From Nitrospira sp. (GTDB lineage: Bacteria; Nitrospirota; Nitrospiria; Nitrospirales; Nitrospiraceae), in NCBI GenBank assembly GCA_047150005.1, contig AP038806.1:2048001-2112000 (forward strand): a stretch of DNA of 64,000 nucleotides. Reading direction: 5' to 3'. A program made the position numbers and the translations under genes. Position 1 is the stretch's first letter; the number at the start of each line of letters is the position of its first letter. Of this stretch, positions 50,787-60,119 are shown piece after piece. The notes beneath the pieces were generated by a model. That model saw only the letters and a list, made by a program, of their open reading frames with translations, was not told the DNA's origin and did not search any database.

Positions 50787-53306
50787 ATGCCACGTAAAAA
50801 CTCACTCAGCGCGAACAAGCCGCAGCCTGAGACGCGACGCGCACCATCGCCACAGACTAACCGTACGGAAGATTTCGAAAAGCTGGGCCTCTTCTATCTG
50901 GGGCGTCCCTACGATCTCGCTGCCAAGCAGGCTGAGCCGGGTTGGCTGCTCTATGACTCTAAGGACTTGGTGACTCATGCCGTCTGTGTCGGGATGACCG
51001 GGAGCGGCAAGACCGGCCTCTGTCTTGCGCTCCTCGAAGAAGCCGCCATCGACAGTATCCCGGCCATCATCATTGATCCCAAGGGCGATCTCGGCAACTT
51101 GCTCCTGACATTTCCAAGCCTCAAAGGCGAAGATTTCCAGCCATGGGTCAACGAAGACGATGCGAGGAAGAAAGGCCTGTCCTCCGCTGACTATGCGAAG
51201 GCTCAGGCTGAACTCTGGACCAACGGTTTGGCAGGCTGGCAGCAGGATGGCGCGCGGATTCAGCGGCTCCGCGATGCGGCCGACTTCGTCATCTATACGC
51301 CGGGCAGTAACGCAGGCTTGCCGGTCTCGATTCTGAAGTCGTTTGCTGCGCCGGCCTCGGAGGTGCTTGAAGAAGCTGAGCTGCTCCGCGAGAAGATCAG
51401 CACGACCGTGACGAGCCTGCTTGGCCTGCTCGGCATCGAAGCAGATCCCATCCAAAGCAGGGAACACATCCTGCTTTCTAGTATTCTCGATGCCGCTTGG
51501 AAGCAGGGCCAGGATCTCGATCTCGCCTCGCTCATTCACGCGATTCAGTCCCCACCAGTCTCGAAGATCGGCGTGATGGACGTCGATTCCTTCTTTCCCG
51601 CCAAGGATCGTTTTACATTGTCGATGAAGCTGAACAATCTCCTGGCAGCGCCTGGATTTCAGGCCTGGCTCGAAGGCGAAGCGCTCGATATCCAGTCGCT
51701 GCTCTACACATCGTCCGGCAAGCCGCGACACGCTATTTTCTCCATCGCGCACTTGAACGATATCGAGCGCATGTTTTTCGTCACGCTCTTGCTGAGTCAA
51801 TTGGTGGGATGGATGCGGACGCAGTCGGGCACGACGAGTCTGCGGGCGTTGCTCTACATGGACGAAATTTTCGGTTATTTCCCGCCGGTGGCGAACCCGC
51901 CATCGAAGTTGCCGCTGCTTACGTTGCTGAAACAGGCCCGGGCGTTCGGGCTGGGCGTCGTGCTGGCCACGCAGAATCCTGTGGATCTTGACTACAAGGG
52001 CTTGGCCAACACCGGCACGTGGTTTATCGGACGACTGCAAACAGAGCGGGACAAGGCGCGCGTGTTGGAGGGATTGAAAGGCGCATCGGCAAACTCGGGG
52101 AAGCCGTTCGATAAGGGCCGGATGGAACAGATGCTGGCGGGGCTGGGAAGCAGAATCTTCCTGATGAACAACGTGCATGAAGACGAGCCGGTGGTCTTTG
52201 AAACCCGCTGGTGCCTCTCGTATCTGCGCGGGCCTTTGACCAGAACGCAGATCAAGACGCTCATGGATCCCATCAGGGGCCGATCGTCAAGCGTCACACG
52301 TCACACGTCGGAAGTTGCCAGCTCAGCACTCAGCACCCAGCACTCAGCACTGAGATCTCGTCCGATGTTGCCTCCGGACGTTCCGCAGCACTTCGTGCCG
52401 TTGCGCGGATCAAAGCCGGAGGGAAGCGGCCTGGCCTATGTCCCGATGTTGCTGGGCTCTGCGCAGGTCCGGTTTTCCGACTCGAAGAACGGGATCGACA
52501 GCACCCATGACGTGACCGTCTTGGCTCCTATCGCCGAAGGAGCGGTCTCTGTCGATTGGGACAAGGCGGAGATCGCCGATCTGGCTGTTGGCGATCTTGA
52601 GTCATCACCGGAGGACGGCGCGCAGTTTCTGCCGTTGCCCGCCGGCGCCGGCAAGGCCAAGAGCTACGCTGATTGGAACAAGGATTTCGGCGGCTGGCTG
52701 TTCCGAACGCAGAAAGTGGAACTCTTCAGAAGCCCCAGCGCCAAGGACGTGTCGAAGCCTGGTGAATCCGAACGAGATTTCCGAGTGCGCCTCCAGCAGT
52801 CGGGCCGCGAGAAGCGCGACAGAGGGGCCGAGTCGTTGCGACAAAAGTATGCGTCCAAAATCGCGAGCCTTCAGGAGCGAGTCAGACGGGCGGGGCTGGC
52901 GAAAGAGAAACAGCAGGCCGAATCTCGATCAAGTCAGGTGCAGGCGGCGATCACGGTCGGCGCCTCGATTCTAGGCGCGTTTCTCGGCCGGAAAACGATC
53001 AGCGCGACGAACATCGGCCGCGCCACGACCGCGATCCGGAGCGCGGGCCGCGTCATAAAAGAGTCCCAGGATGTCGGGGCCGCGGAAGACAACGTCGCGG
53101 CGTTGCAGCGACAGTTGACCGACCTCGAAGCGCAGTTCAAATCGGAAAGCGAGGCGCTCGCAGCCTCCACCGATCCGCTGAACGAACAACTCGACACGAT
53201 TTCGATCAAACCTACGAAAGCCAACATCGCGGTCAAACTCGTGGCCCTGACCTGGGTGCCCCAGTGGAGGGATCCGCAAGGGGTGCTGCGGGCGGCCTGG
53301 ACGTAG
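50787..53306 (+). CDS. HerA/FtsK-superfamily ATPase (DUF87/DUF853-like) with a C-terminal coiled coil
   Basis: HAVCVGMTGSGKT, IIDPKGD, LYMDEIFG, LKQARAFG..LATQNP. Confidence 0.87.
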   Translation: MPRKNSLSANKPQPETRRAPSPQTNRTEDFEKLGLFYLGRPYDLAAKQAEPGWLLYDSKDLVTHAVCVGMTGSGKTGLCLALLEEAAIDSIPAIIIDPKGDLGNLLLTFPSLKGEDFQPWVNEDDARKKGLSSADYAKAQAELWTNGLAGWQQDGARIQRLRDAADFVIYTPGSNAGLPVSILKSFAAPASEVLEEAELLREKISTTVTSLLGLLGIEADPIQSREHILLSSILDAAWKQGQDLDLASLIHAIQSPPVSKIGVMDVDSFFPAKDRFTLSMKLNNLLAAPGFQAWLEGEALDIQSLLYTSSGKPRHAIFSIAHLNDIERMFFVTLLLSQLVGWMRTQSGTTSLRALLYMDEIFGYFPPVANPPSKLPLLTLLKQARAFGLGVVLATQNPVDLDYKGLANTGTWFIGRLQTERDKARVLEGLKGASANSGKPFDKGRMEQMLAGLGSRIFLMNNVHEDEPVVFETRWCLSYLRGPLTRTQIKTLMDPIRGRSSSVTRHTSEVASSALSTQHSALRSRPMLPPDVPQHFVPLRGSKPEGSGLAYVPMLLGSAQVRFSDSKNGIDSTHDVTVLAPIAEGAVSVDWDKAEIADLAVGDLESSPEDGAQFLPLPAGAGKAKSYADWNKDFGGWLFRTQKVELFRSPSAKDVSKPGESERDFRVRLQQSGREKRDRGAESLRQKYASKIASLQERVRRAGLAKEKQQAESRSSQVQAAITVGASILGAFLGRKTISATNIGRATTAIRSAGRVIKESQDVGAAEDNVAALQRQLTDLEAQFKSESEALAASTDPLNEQLDTISIKPTKANIAVKLVALTWVPQWRDPQGVLRAAWT
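52285..52354 (+). repeat. In-frame heptamer repeat insertions (CGTCACA-type and CAGCACT-type)
   Basis: TCGTCAAGCGTCACACGTCACACGTC then CTCAGCACTCAGCACCCAGCACTCAGCACTGAG; encodes SSSVTRHTSEVASSALSTQHSAL. Confidence 0.8.
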
Positions 53307-53326
53307 CGGAACGGAGTGTCGTTCCG

Positions 53327-55963
53327 TTACCCGCTGCCATGCGAGTAGAGCAGATCGAACAAGCGGTCGTCCGCCAGCCCTGTTTCGGCGGCGACATCGA
53401 GGAACACCTCGTTGACCGTGTGCAAGCCCAGCTTGCGGTAGGATTCGAACTGGGATTCGTCGAAGAACTGATCCGCCGTCGACTCGTGCGGAAATTCCGG
53501 GTGGCTCGCCGCATAGTCGAGGATGTCGGTCGGCTCTTGTCCCGTCAGCGACGGCTTGAGATACAACAAGAGTCCGCTCGTCGCACCGGGATCGACGAGA
53601 TCATAGCGGATTCGGCCGACTGCATGGCGGCGTTCGCTGTAGGGTGAGCCCGTCTTGCGCCGCAGCTTCTCGACGTCCAGCTCGATTTCGATCCCCAAAT
53701 CGATTCGGATCTTTCTGATGGCGTTGCCCAGGTCGGAGAATCTGGAGAGTTGGTCGCAGCCGGCATCGCTCACGACGATGATGTGGCATCGCCGGCGTAC
53801 CATCTCGTAGAGGGCAAGGTTCTCGAAGTGTCCGCCGTCGGAAAGGTACACGTAGCGCCGTTCGTCGTTGGTCAATCCGAAGGCTTCGGAGAGGAGGGGG
53901 CCGACGGCAAACTCCGGGCAGGATCGTCGATAGGCTGTCTTGCCCGCCTCTCCGGGATTGCCCAGCCACCATCCCAGACGGATGTTGAACAGGGTCAGCA
54001 GCAGCGTCACCGCGGGAGACGAATGATAGCCCATGTTGGGACTTGCCGCTGCGCCTGAGATAGCCAGCGCGGTGCCGATCGTGATGGCCTGACCCACGGC
54101 GGGATTCTTCCCGTATTCCCTGGTACGGCGGTAACCCGGGGTCATGTTTCCGCTTCCGCAGTGCAGCGGGGTGACCGTGAAGGACTGGGCCTTTCGCTGC
54201 TGCCACGCCAGATTCTTTCCGCGCACGAGGTTTAACGCGATGTTGACGACATGGAAAGGCCGCTGGACTGCGCCTCCTTCCGGGGCCAGATCCGCCATCT
54301 GAAAATTGTCGCAGGAGTCGAATCCCGTAAACGGGTTCGGAACCCGCTTCGGGCCGCGCGACGCACCGAGGTAGGCGCGTATCAGCCGATTGCGGTACAT
54401 GGCGTGGAGGGAGAACTTGTTGATGTTGATGTAGAACGACATCAAGACCGCGAACAGCGCCATGCCGATTCCGTATTCGGCGACTTCAAGCGACGACGCA
54501 CGGTGCAGCACCGCGTTGTTGACCCAGGCGAGCGCCATCAACACCAGGACGACCGTCAGCGGCGCAAGCAGCAGCACGTATCCTTTTGTCCCGATTCTCG
54601 CCCACAGGCTCGGCTGCTCCTGGTCCGGCTTGCCTGCGGTTCGCGCGCTGAATCCCAACGCAATGGTCACGATCCCGGTCAGACCTCCGGCGGAGGTGAG
54701 CCAGCCGGGGATTTGTGAGAGCACGAGAGGGCCGAAGAGCACGATGCCGCAGATGCCCGTCCAACTCACCGTGGCGATCAGAACCCAGGATCCCGAACGG
54801 CCCCACCATTCGCGGTCGTCGTCTCCGGTGGAACGGCTGGCGATGCCGATGAATACGGAGGCGGCGAGCAGAAACAAGGACAAGAATCCCGGGACGGCGG
54901 CGCAGGTGTACCAGTCCTCAAAACGGGAAAGTCCGGACAGGGGAGCCGATTTGGCCAGCGCGAGCCACAAGAACCCGCCGCCCAGCAACCCGCTGAGCAC
55001 GATGGTCAAGAGTTCGAGGTAACGCCAGAGGTCGTTCCACGGACGCCGCAGCACCAGCGCGGCGATCAGCCAGGCGAGGGTATGCATGATCGCGGCTCCC
55101 AGCGAGAACGTCGTCAGGCTCGACCATCCGTTGAGGGTCAGATGTTCCACCGTCCGCTTGGCATGCAGATGCCAGTACCATCCGAACGACAGGCTGGTGA
55201 CCCCCAGCAGTAGTGGAGTCAAGCACAGACCCAAGAATGCGGGTTGGCTCTCGAACCAGTGCCAGGATGGAGACGTGCGCAGTTTCCAGAGGCTCGGCCG
55301 GCACAGATGGAGATAAACAAGGTGGCCCAGTAAAAAGGTACTGCCCAGAAATGCGCAGAAGCCCGCCAGTGCGTCCGGCGCCTGACTCCTCAGCGCCGCC
55401 CGGTACAGAAGCGGCACGGCTAGCCCCGCGAGCAGAAACGGAATGAAGACCAGCCAGTTCAGGACGAGATTGCGCAAGTACGTTCCCACCAGGGTCCAGG
55501 AATCCGCGGACATCAGTCCGAGGCGGGGACTCAGGTAATTGCTATACGCGCGAAGAAAAGCGATCGGCTGCGGTTCGACACAGTCCGGTTGCGGGGGTTG
55601 TCGTAACTCGTTCACAACGCCCGCCAAGCCTCCCTGATGATTTTTGATCCAGGCCGAGAGCCAGCTGCCGATGTAGCCGCCTCCGGAGACGGTCGATAAA
55701 TAGTCGAATCGGTCTAAGAGTTTGAGCCTCGCCAAACCCTGGATCACGCCGAGCGCAAAGGTCGCGCTGCGGATACCTCCGCCGGAGAGGCACAGGGCCG
55801 CCTGGCGGCGCGGGAGCGCATGGATTCTACCGTAGGCGGAGGCGAGCCGCTTGGAGTCGGAGGCCGCCGTATCGCCGGGGGGCAGGGGGCCGTGCAGGGC
55901 GGCGTATTCCTCCTCCAGTACCCGGGGAAGCGAATACAAGCCCTGTTCCTGAGAATCCGCCAT
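53327..55963 (-). CDS. Patatin/cPLA2-like phospholipase with a large multi-TM insertion
   Basis: LCLSGGGIRSA, YLSTVSGGGY (nucleophile Ser), about 10 TM segments, ISGAAASP, YLSDGGHFENL (catalytic Asp). Confidence 0.87.
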   Translation of the reverse strand: MADSQEQGLYSLPRVLEEEYAALHGPLPPGDTAASDSKRLASAYGRIHALPRRQAALCLSGGGIRSATFALGVIQGLARLKLLDRFDYLSTVSGGGYIGSWLSAWIKNHQGGLAGVVNELRQPPQPDCVEPQPIAFLRAYSNYLSPRLGLMSADSWTLVGTYLRNLVLNWLVFIPFLLAGLAVPLLYRAALRSQAPDALAGFCAFLGSTFLLGHLVYLHLCRPSLWKLRTSPSWHWFESQPAFLGLCLTPLLLGVTSLSFGWYWHLHAKRTVEHLTLNGWSSLTTFSLGAAIMHTLAWLIAALVLRRPWNDLWRYLELLTIVLSGLLGGGFLWLALAKSAPLSGLSRFEDWYTCAAVPGFLSLFLLAASVFIGIASRSTGDDDREWWGRSGSWVLIATVSWTGICGIVLFGPLVLSQIPGWLTSAGGLTGIVTIALGFSARTAGKPDQEQPSLWARIGTKGYVLLLAPLTVVLVLMALAWVNNAVLHRASSLEVAEYGIGMALFAVLMSFYININKFSLHAMYRNRLIRAYLGASRGPKRVPNPFTGFDSCDNFQMADLAPEGGAVQRPFHVVNIALNLVRGKNLAWQQRKAQSFTVTPLHCGSGNMTPGYRRTREYGKNPAVGQAITIGTALAISGAAASPNMGYHSSPAVTLLLTLFNIRLGWWLGNPGEAGKTAYRRSCPEFAVGPLLSEAFGLTNDERRYVYLSDGGHFENLALYEMVRRRCHIIVVSDAGCDQLSRFSDLGNAIRKIRIDLGIEIELDVEKLRRKTGSPYSERRHAVGRIRYDLVDPGATSGLLLYLKPSLTGQEPTDILDYAASHPEFPHESTADQFFDESQFESYRKLGLHTVNEVFLDVAAETGLADDRLFDLLYSHGSG

Positions 55964-55985
55964 GATTGTTCCGGTGTCCGATCCG

Positions 55986-57422
55986 CTACGGCGCTTCGAT
56001 AAAGTTGACGATCCGGTGCTTGTATTGTTCGACCACTTTGCGCGCCGCTTTGACGAGCAGCGCACCGTGGCACGGCGTCTTGATCTTGAACAGCGTCGGA
56101 ATCAGCGCGACGGCTTGCCTGATCTGGAGCGGCGTCACGTCGGTGGCGAAGTCGCCGCGACAGACCTCAGGAAGATCATTGTAACCGCTCCATTCGGCGT
56201 CGACATGCTTCAGGACGACGATTCTCAGATGCGCAAAATCGGGCAGAATGACGCCCTGCGTTCGCAGGCTGTGCCAGAGGAGCGTCTGATAGGTGTTGGC
56301 CCGCTCCTCCATGATGCCGACGATGCGTGAAGGGTCTTCGCGGAAGACTTGAAAGCCCTTGTCGTTGTGGTCCAGGGCGGCAGCGCCGGCGTCGAATGGA
56401 AACGAGGTATCGATCACGATGATCAGGCCGCGCTTCGGCGATCCTTGAGGGATCTTCTTGAGAAACAAGGTGGTCAGGGATTCCGTTCCGAGGTTGTCGA
56501 ACAGTCCGCCGTCGCCGACGTGCAAGTAGGTCGGCGTTCCTTCGATCTGATACGTCACGGGGCCGACGACGGGAGGGAACGAGGCCGACGTCGCGACGGC
56601 GAGCGACAGCCGAAGATTTCTGTAGTCCGCCCCGACGCGTTCGAAGGTGAGCGGGAGAAACTGCCGGCTCGCTTCGTCGAGGCCTTTTTGAATGATGGCC
56701 ATGCCTTCGGAGGTGACCGGCACAGGCCGGGCGGGGTTTTTCAGTTCCTTGGTGAGAAGGCTGATGAAGTCGTAGTCGAAATCGGAGGCGGGCAACGTGG
56801 TGAAGGCGAAACGTTGTCCGGAGTTGTAGACGGTTCCGTTGAGAATGACTCGGGGGATGTCGCCGCGTTGCTCGCGCTCGTACAGCTGGGCGAACGTCAT
56901 CTCGTTGAGGAACTGCGTGTCCCAGACCTCGGACATCGAGTAGGCCAGCTTGGTCGGATTCAGCGCCCGGAAATACGCCAGTTGCCGGATCAGCCCGCGC
57001 TCCTGAAAGTTCGTCTGCATGGCCGTCTTATAGTCCGAGAAAAACTCCCGGTAGCGCGGGGAGAGCCCCTGCTCGCCCAGCATAGACTCGGACTTCGACG
57101 GCTTTTTGGCCACATAATAGGCGGTGGCCAGGCTTCCGCCCGAAACGCTCGACATGTAACTGACCGTCTCGAGTACGCTGCGCTTCGTTCCCTTGAATTG
57201 CACCGGTGTTTCCGCGAGCGCCTCCAGCGCGCCGGCTGCGAACGTCGCGGCTCTGCTTCCGCCGCCGGAGACGGCCAAGCCGACCATGAGGTCTTGGTCG
57301 GGGAGGGGAGCAAACAAGGCCTCCGCGCCCTGCGGCTGTGCCGGCAGGTGCTGAACCTTGGCAAAGCAGCCGGTCAGGACCAACCCGGCGCTCAGGAGCA
57401 TGGTGACAGCGACACTCCTCAT
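55986..57422 (-). CDS. Patatin-like phospholipase, predicted lipoprotein
   Basis: Lipobox LVLTGC; LAVSGGGSRAA, SSVSGGS, SASFP, VGDGGLFDNLG. Confidence 0.87.
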   Translation of the reverse strand: MRSVAVTMLLSAGLVLTGCFAKVQHLPAQPQGAEALFAPLPDQDLMVGLAVSGGGSRAATFAAGALEALAETPVQFKGTKRSVLETVSYMSSVSGGSLATAYYVAKKPSKSESMLGEQGLSPRYREFFSDYKTAMQTNFQERGLIRQLAYFRALNPTKLAYSMSEVWDTQFLNEMTFAQLYEREQRGDIPRVILNGTVYNSGQRFAFTTLPASDFDYDFISLLTKELKNPARPVPVTSEGMAIIQKGLDEASRQFLPLTFERVGADYRNLRLSLAVATSASFPPVVGPVTYQIEGTPTYLHVGDGGLFDNLGTESLTTLFLKKIPQGSPKRGLIIVIDTSFPFDAGAAALDHNDKGFQVFREDPSRIVGIMEERANTYQTLLWHSLRTQGVILPDFAHLRIVVLKHVDAEWSGYNDLPEVCRGDFATDVTPLQIRQAVALIPTLFKIKTPCHGALLVKAARKVVEQYKHRIVNFIEAP

Positions 57423-57467
57423 AATAAATAGCGACCTTTCTCGAATCGGCTCAGTGGTTCCCGACGT

Positions 57468-58490
57468 TCAGCGCCCCTGTGTGGCGGGCGATTTCACCTG
57501 AACATAGCAGTAGCCCCCGCGTTCGACCAGCTTTTTTGCCGTGACCCCTGCGGCGGTTTCCAGGGACGCCGCCAGGGTTTCGTTGCCTGTTCCGGCGACG
57601 CTGCCTCCTCGGACGGTCTCACCCGCCTTCGTCATAACGGCCGCTTCGACCCGCAGGGCATCGCGCGTAACCCGGGCCATGGCGGCGAGCGGGATCTCGG
57701 ATTGATCGGACCGAAATTCCGGAAAGGGCCGCTCCTCCGCCCAGTCGACTTGTAATGCCGTCGCTCCTTGGACGGCCGGCACTTCGAATGCCGCGTCGAA
57801 GAACGCTTCGAGAAAGATCCTGGTCAGATCGGCGCCGATTCGCTGGGAGGTGGCGGCGGTTCCCGGTTCCGCCGGGGCCGCGTGCGCTTCAGGGCCTGTC
57901 TGGAACGGCAAACCGGGGAACAGAAAGCTGCGTCCGGTTCGATCGACGAACCCGACCGAGGTGACCGGCTGGACTCCGCCGGCCGTCACTCCGGGCATCG
58001 CCTCTGCCGCGACCAGACGAAGATTGCCGAAATAGGCTTTATTGTAGGCAACGAGCAGTCGAGCGAATCGAGACGCGTCCTTCGCCAGGTTTTCCTCTTC
58101 CACGTCGATCCGCTCCTGCCAGAGCCGGGCCGCCGCGACGACACCCTTTAATGAGACGAGGTCCCATGACCGGCCTCTGTCGTCGATCAAGCCAGCCACC
58201 AGGTTTTGAAGATTCGAAAGCGAGTCGCCTGCCACGGGGTCGCGCTCACGAATTTTCCTGATTAGGGCCCGCACCGGTGTGATCGGCTCGTCGCTCGTGT
58301 CCGGGCCGCTGTCCCGAACCTGCGCGAGGCATGCACGGAATTGTCGGGACAGAGCCGGTTCCTCCGCCAACCGCTCGCGATACGATTGCAGATGGATCTC
58401 AAACGGCTTCGGTACGTCGGGACCGGCGGTGCTGCACCCGACGAATATCGCGATCCCGACGGTGCTCAGGAGAAGCCGGAACGATGTCAT
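57468..58490 (-). CDS. Hypothetical lipoprotein
   Basis: Lipobox-like IAIFVGC after a hydrophobic stretch; co-oriented with the patatin genes. Confidence 0.65.
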   Translation of the reverse strand: MTSFRLLLSTVGIAIFVGCSTAGPDVPKPFEIHLQSYRERLAEEPALSRQFRACLAQVRDSGPDTSDEPITPVRALIRKIRERDPVAGDSLSNLQNLVAGLIDDRGRSWDLVSLKGVVAAARLWQERIDVEEENLAKDASRFARLLVAYNKAYFGNLRLVAAEAMPGVTAGGVQPVTSVGFVDRTGRSFLFPGLPFQTGPEAHAAPAEPGTAATSQRIGADLTRIFLEAFFDAAFEVPAVQGATALQVDWAEERPFPEFRSDQSEIPLAAMARVTRDALRVEAAVMTKAGETVRGGSVAGTGNETLAASLETAAGVTAKKLVERGGYCYVQVKSPATQGR

Positions 58491-58644
58491 GCAGGCCTCG
58501 ATCCGATGACAGGTAGACCGCCACGACAGTGGTATTCGGGGTGTGCGCGGGTCGCGGACACGCAGGGTCAACCGATTGCAGAAACGGGAGAACTGTTGAG
58601 GAAAGAATCTCATCGGATGCGAGCAGGATCTCGTATGGTCCACG

Positions 58645-59205
58645 TCAGTGCTTCTTCAGCATGAGCCGGTCGGTCCAAGCCAGTAGAATGGCCGAGCTGA
58701 GGAAGGTCAAATGGATGAAAATTTTCCATTTGATGTGCTCCGGATTTTCGTTGGCCACATCGACGAAGGCCTTGAGAAGATGGATGCTGGAGATTCCGAT
58801 GAGGGAGGCTGCGAGCTTGATCTTGATCGTGCCGGGATCCACATGGGTCAGCCAGTCCGGGCGGTCCGGATGGGACTCGAGGTTCAGTTTGCTGACGAAC
58901 GTCGCATAGCCTCCGATGATCACCATCGTCAGAAGGTTGGCCACCATCGTCACATCGATCAGGCCCAGCACCCCCAGCATGAATTTCGTCTCCTCCAATT
59001 GGTGGATGTGCACCGTCATGTCCCATAATTCGACCAGGAACTTGTAGGCGTACAGCAGTTCGGCGATGATCAGCCCTCCATACAATGGAGCCTGGATCCA
59101 GCGGCTGGCGAACACCATGGTCTCGAAAGCATGCTCGATGGGATGGATGTCCTCCTGGTTGGATTCGAGGGCATTATCGGGAGCGGGCGGAGTTCCGCTG
59201 GACAT
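58645..59205 (-). CDS. TIGR00645 / YqhA (UPF0114) membrane protein
   Basis: FASRWIQAPLYGGL, LIDVTMVANLL.MVIIGGY.TFVS, KIKLAASLIGISSIHLL. Confidence 0.9.
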   Translation of the reverse strand: MSSGTPPAPDNALESNQEDIHPIEHAFETMVFASRWIQAPLYGGLIIAELLYAYKFLVELWDMTVHIHQLEETKFMLGVLGLIDVTMVANLLTMVIIGGYATFVSKLNLESHPDRPDWLTHVDPGTIKIKLAASLIGISSIHLLKAFVDVANENPEHIKWKIFIHLTFLSSAILLAWTDRLMLKKH

Positions 59206-59438
59206 AGTGTCTCCTCAACGTATGGATCTCTGTGAATGGGCGCGTATGGAAGTATCGACGGAGCGAACGAATGTCTACCCCTCGCTCGTTGCCGAAGCGA
59301 TGCAAGTGGTCGGTATCCTAGTGGCGAGCGTCGATGCTGTCAATTGCTCGAGCTGCCCGTGCAGCGCGGATCGCGCACCGGTGAAGTCCCGGAGGTGATG
59401 GTCCACATCGAGTCCGTCGGCGGTATGGGTGGGATGGG

Positions 59439-60119
59439 TTATTTGGGTGTGAGCGGTGCGCTCAGATTTTTGAAGCTTCCGGCATAGAAGGCCGCCACCT
59501 GTGACCGTCGTCCGATCTGAAGCTTGGAGTAGATGTTGGCCAGGTAGTTTTTGACGGTCTTCTCGCTCAGGTTCAACTGTACGGCAATCTCCTTATTGGT
59601 CAAACCTTCGGCGACGAGCGGCAGCAACCGTTGCTCTTGCGGCGACAGGAGCGGGCGCTTGGACGCGCCCGGCTGCGATGGTCCGTGTTTGATCAGGTGC
59701 AGCGTGTACTTGGTCAGTCGGGGATCCATCAACGGCTGGCCCGAGGCCACGGTCTTGATCGCCTTGACCAGGGCGTCGGACGCGATGTCCTTGAGCACAT
59801 AGCCCTGGCCTCCGGACAGGATGGCCTCCAGAACCGTATGGTCGTCCGCAAAGCTGGTCAGAAACAACACACGGGTATTCGGACAGGCCGCGAGAATATC
59901 GCGCGCGGCCTCCACGCCGCTGCCGTCGGGAAGGCGAATATCCAGGAGGACCAAATCCGGTTTGAGCCGGAGGCTCAACTGTGTGGCTTCGTCCTTTCGC
60001 GAAGCTTGTCCGACGACCTTGAGGCCGGGCGTCAGATCCAGGACGGCGCCCAGACCGATCCGCACGACCTCGTGGTCGTCAACGATCAGGAGACGGATGG
60101 GTGCGGTGCGCGCCGCCAT
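59439..60119 (-). CDS. NarL/LuxR (DosR-like) response regulator
   Basis: LIVDDHEVVR, LLDIRLPDG, GYVLK, HTH GLTNKEIA..LSEKTVKNY; TAATG coupling with the kinase gene. Confidence 0.93.
   Translation of the reverse strand: MAARTAPIRLLIVDDHEVVRIGLGAVLDLTPGLKVVGQASRKDEATQLSLRLKPDLVLLDIRLPDGSGVEAARDILAACPNTRVLFLTSFADDHTVLEAILSGGQGYVLKDIASDALVKAIKTVASGQPLMDPRLTKYTLHLIKHGPSQPGASKRPLLSPQEQRLLPLVAEGLTNKEIAVQLNLSEKTVKNYLANIYSKLQIGRRSQVAAFYAGSFKNLSAPLTPK

Noticed and set aside
53327..57422. Patatins as CBASS CapV effectors
   Set aside because: No CD-NTase is nearby, and the lipobox/multi-TM architecture and VSGG motif differ from CapV.
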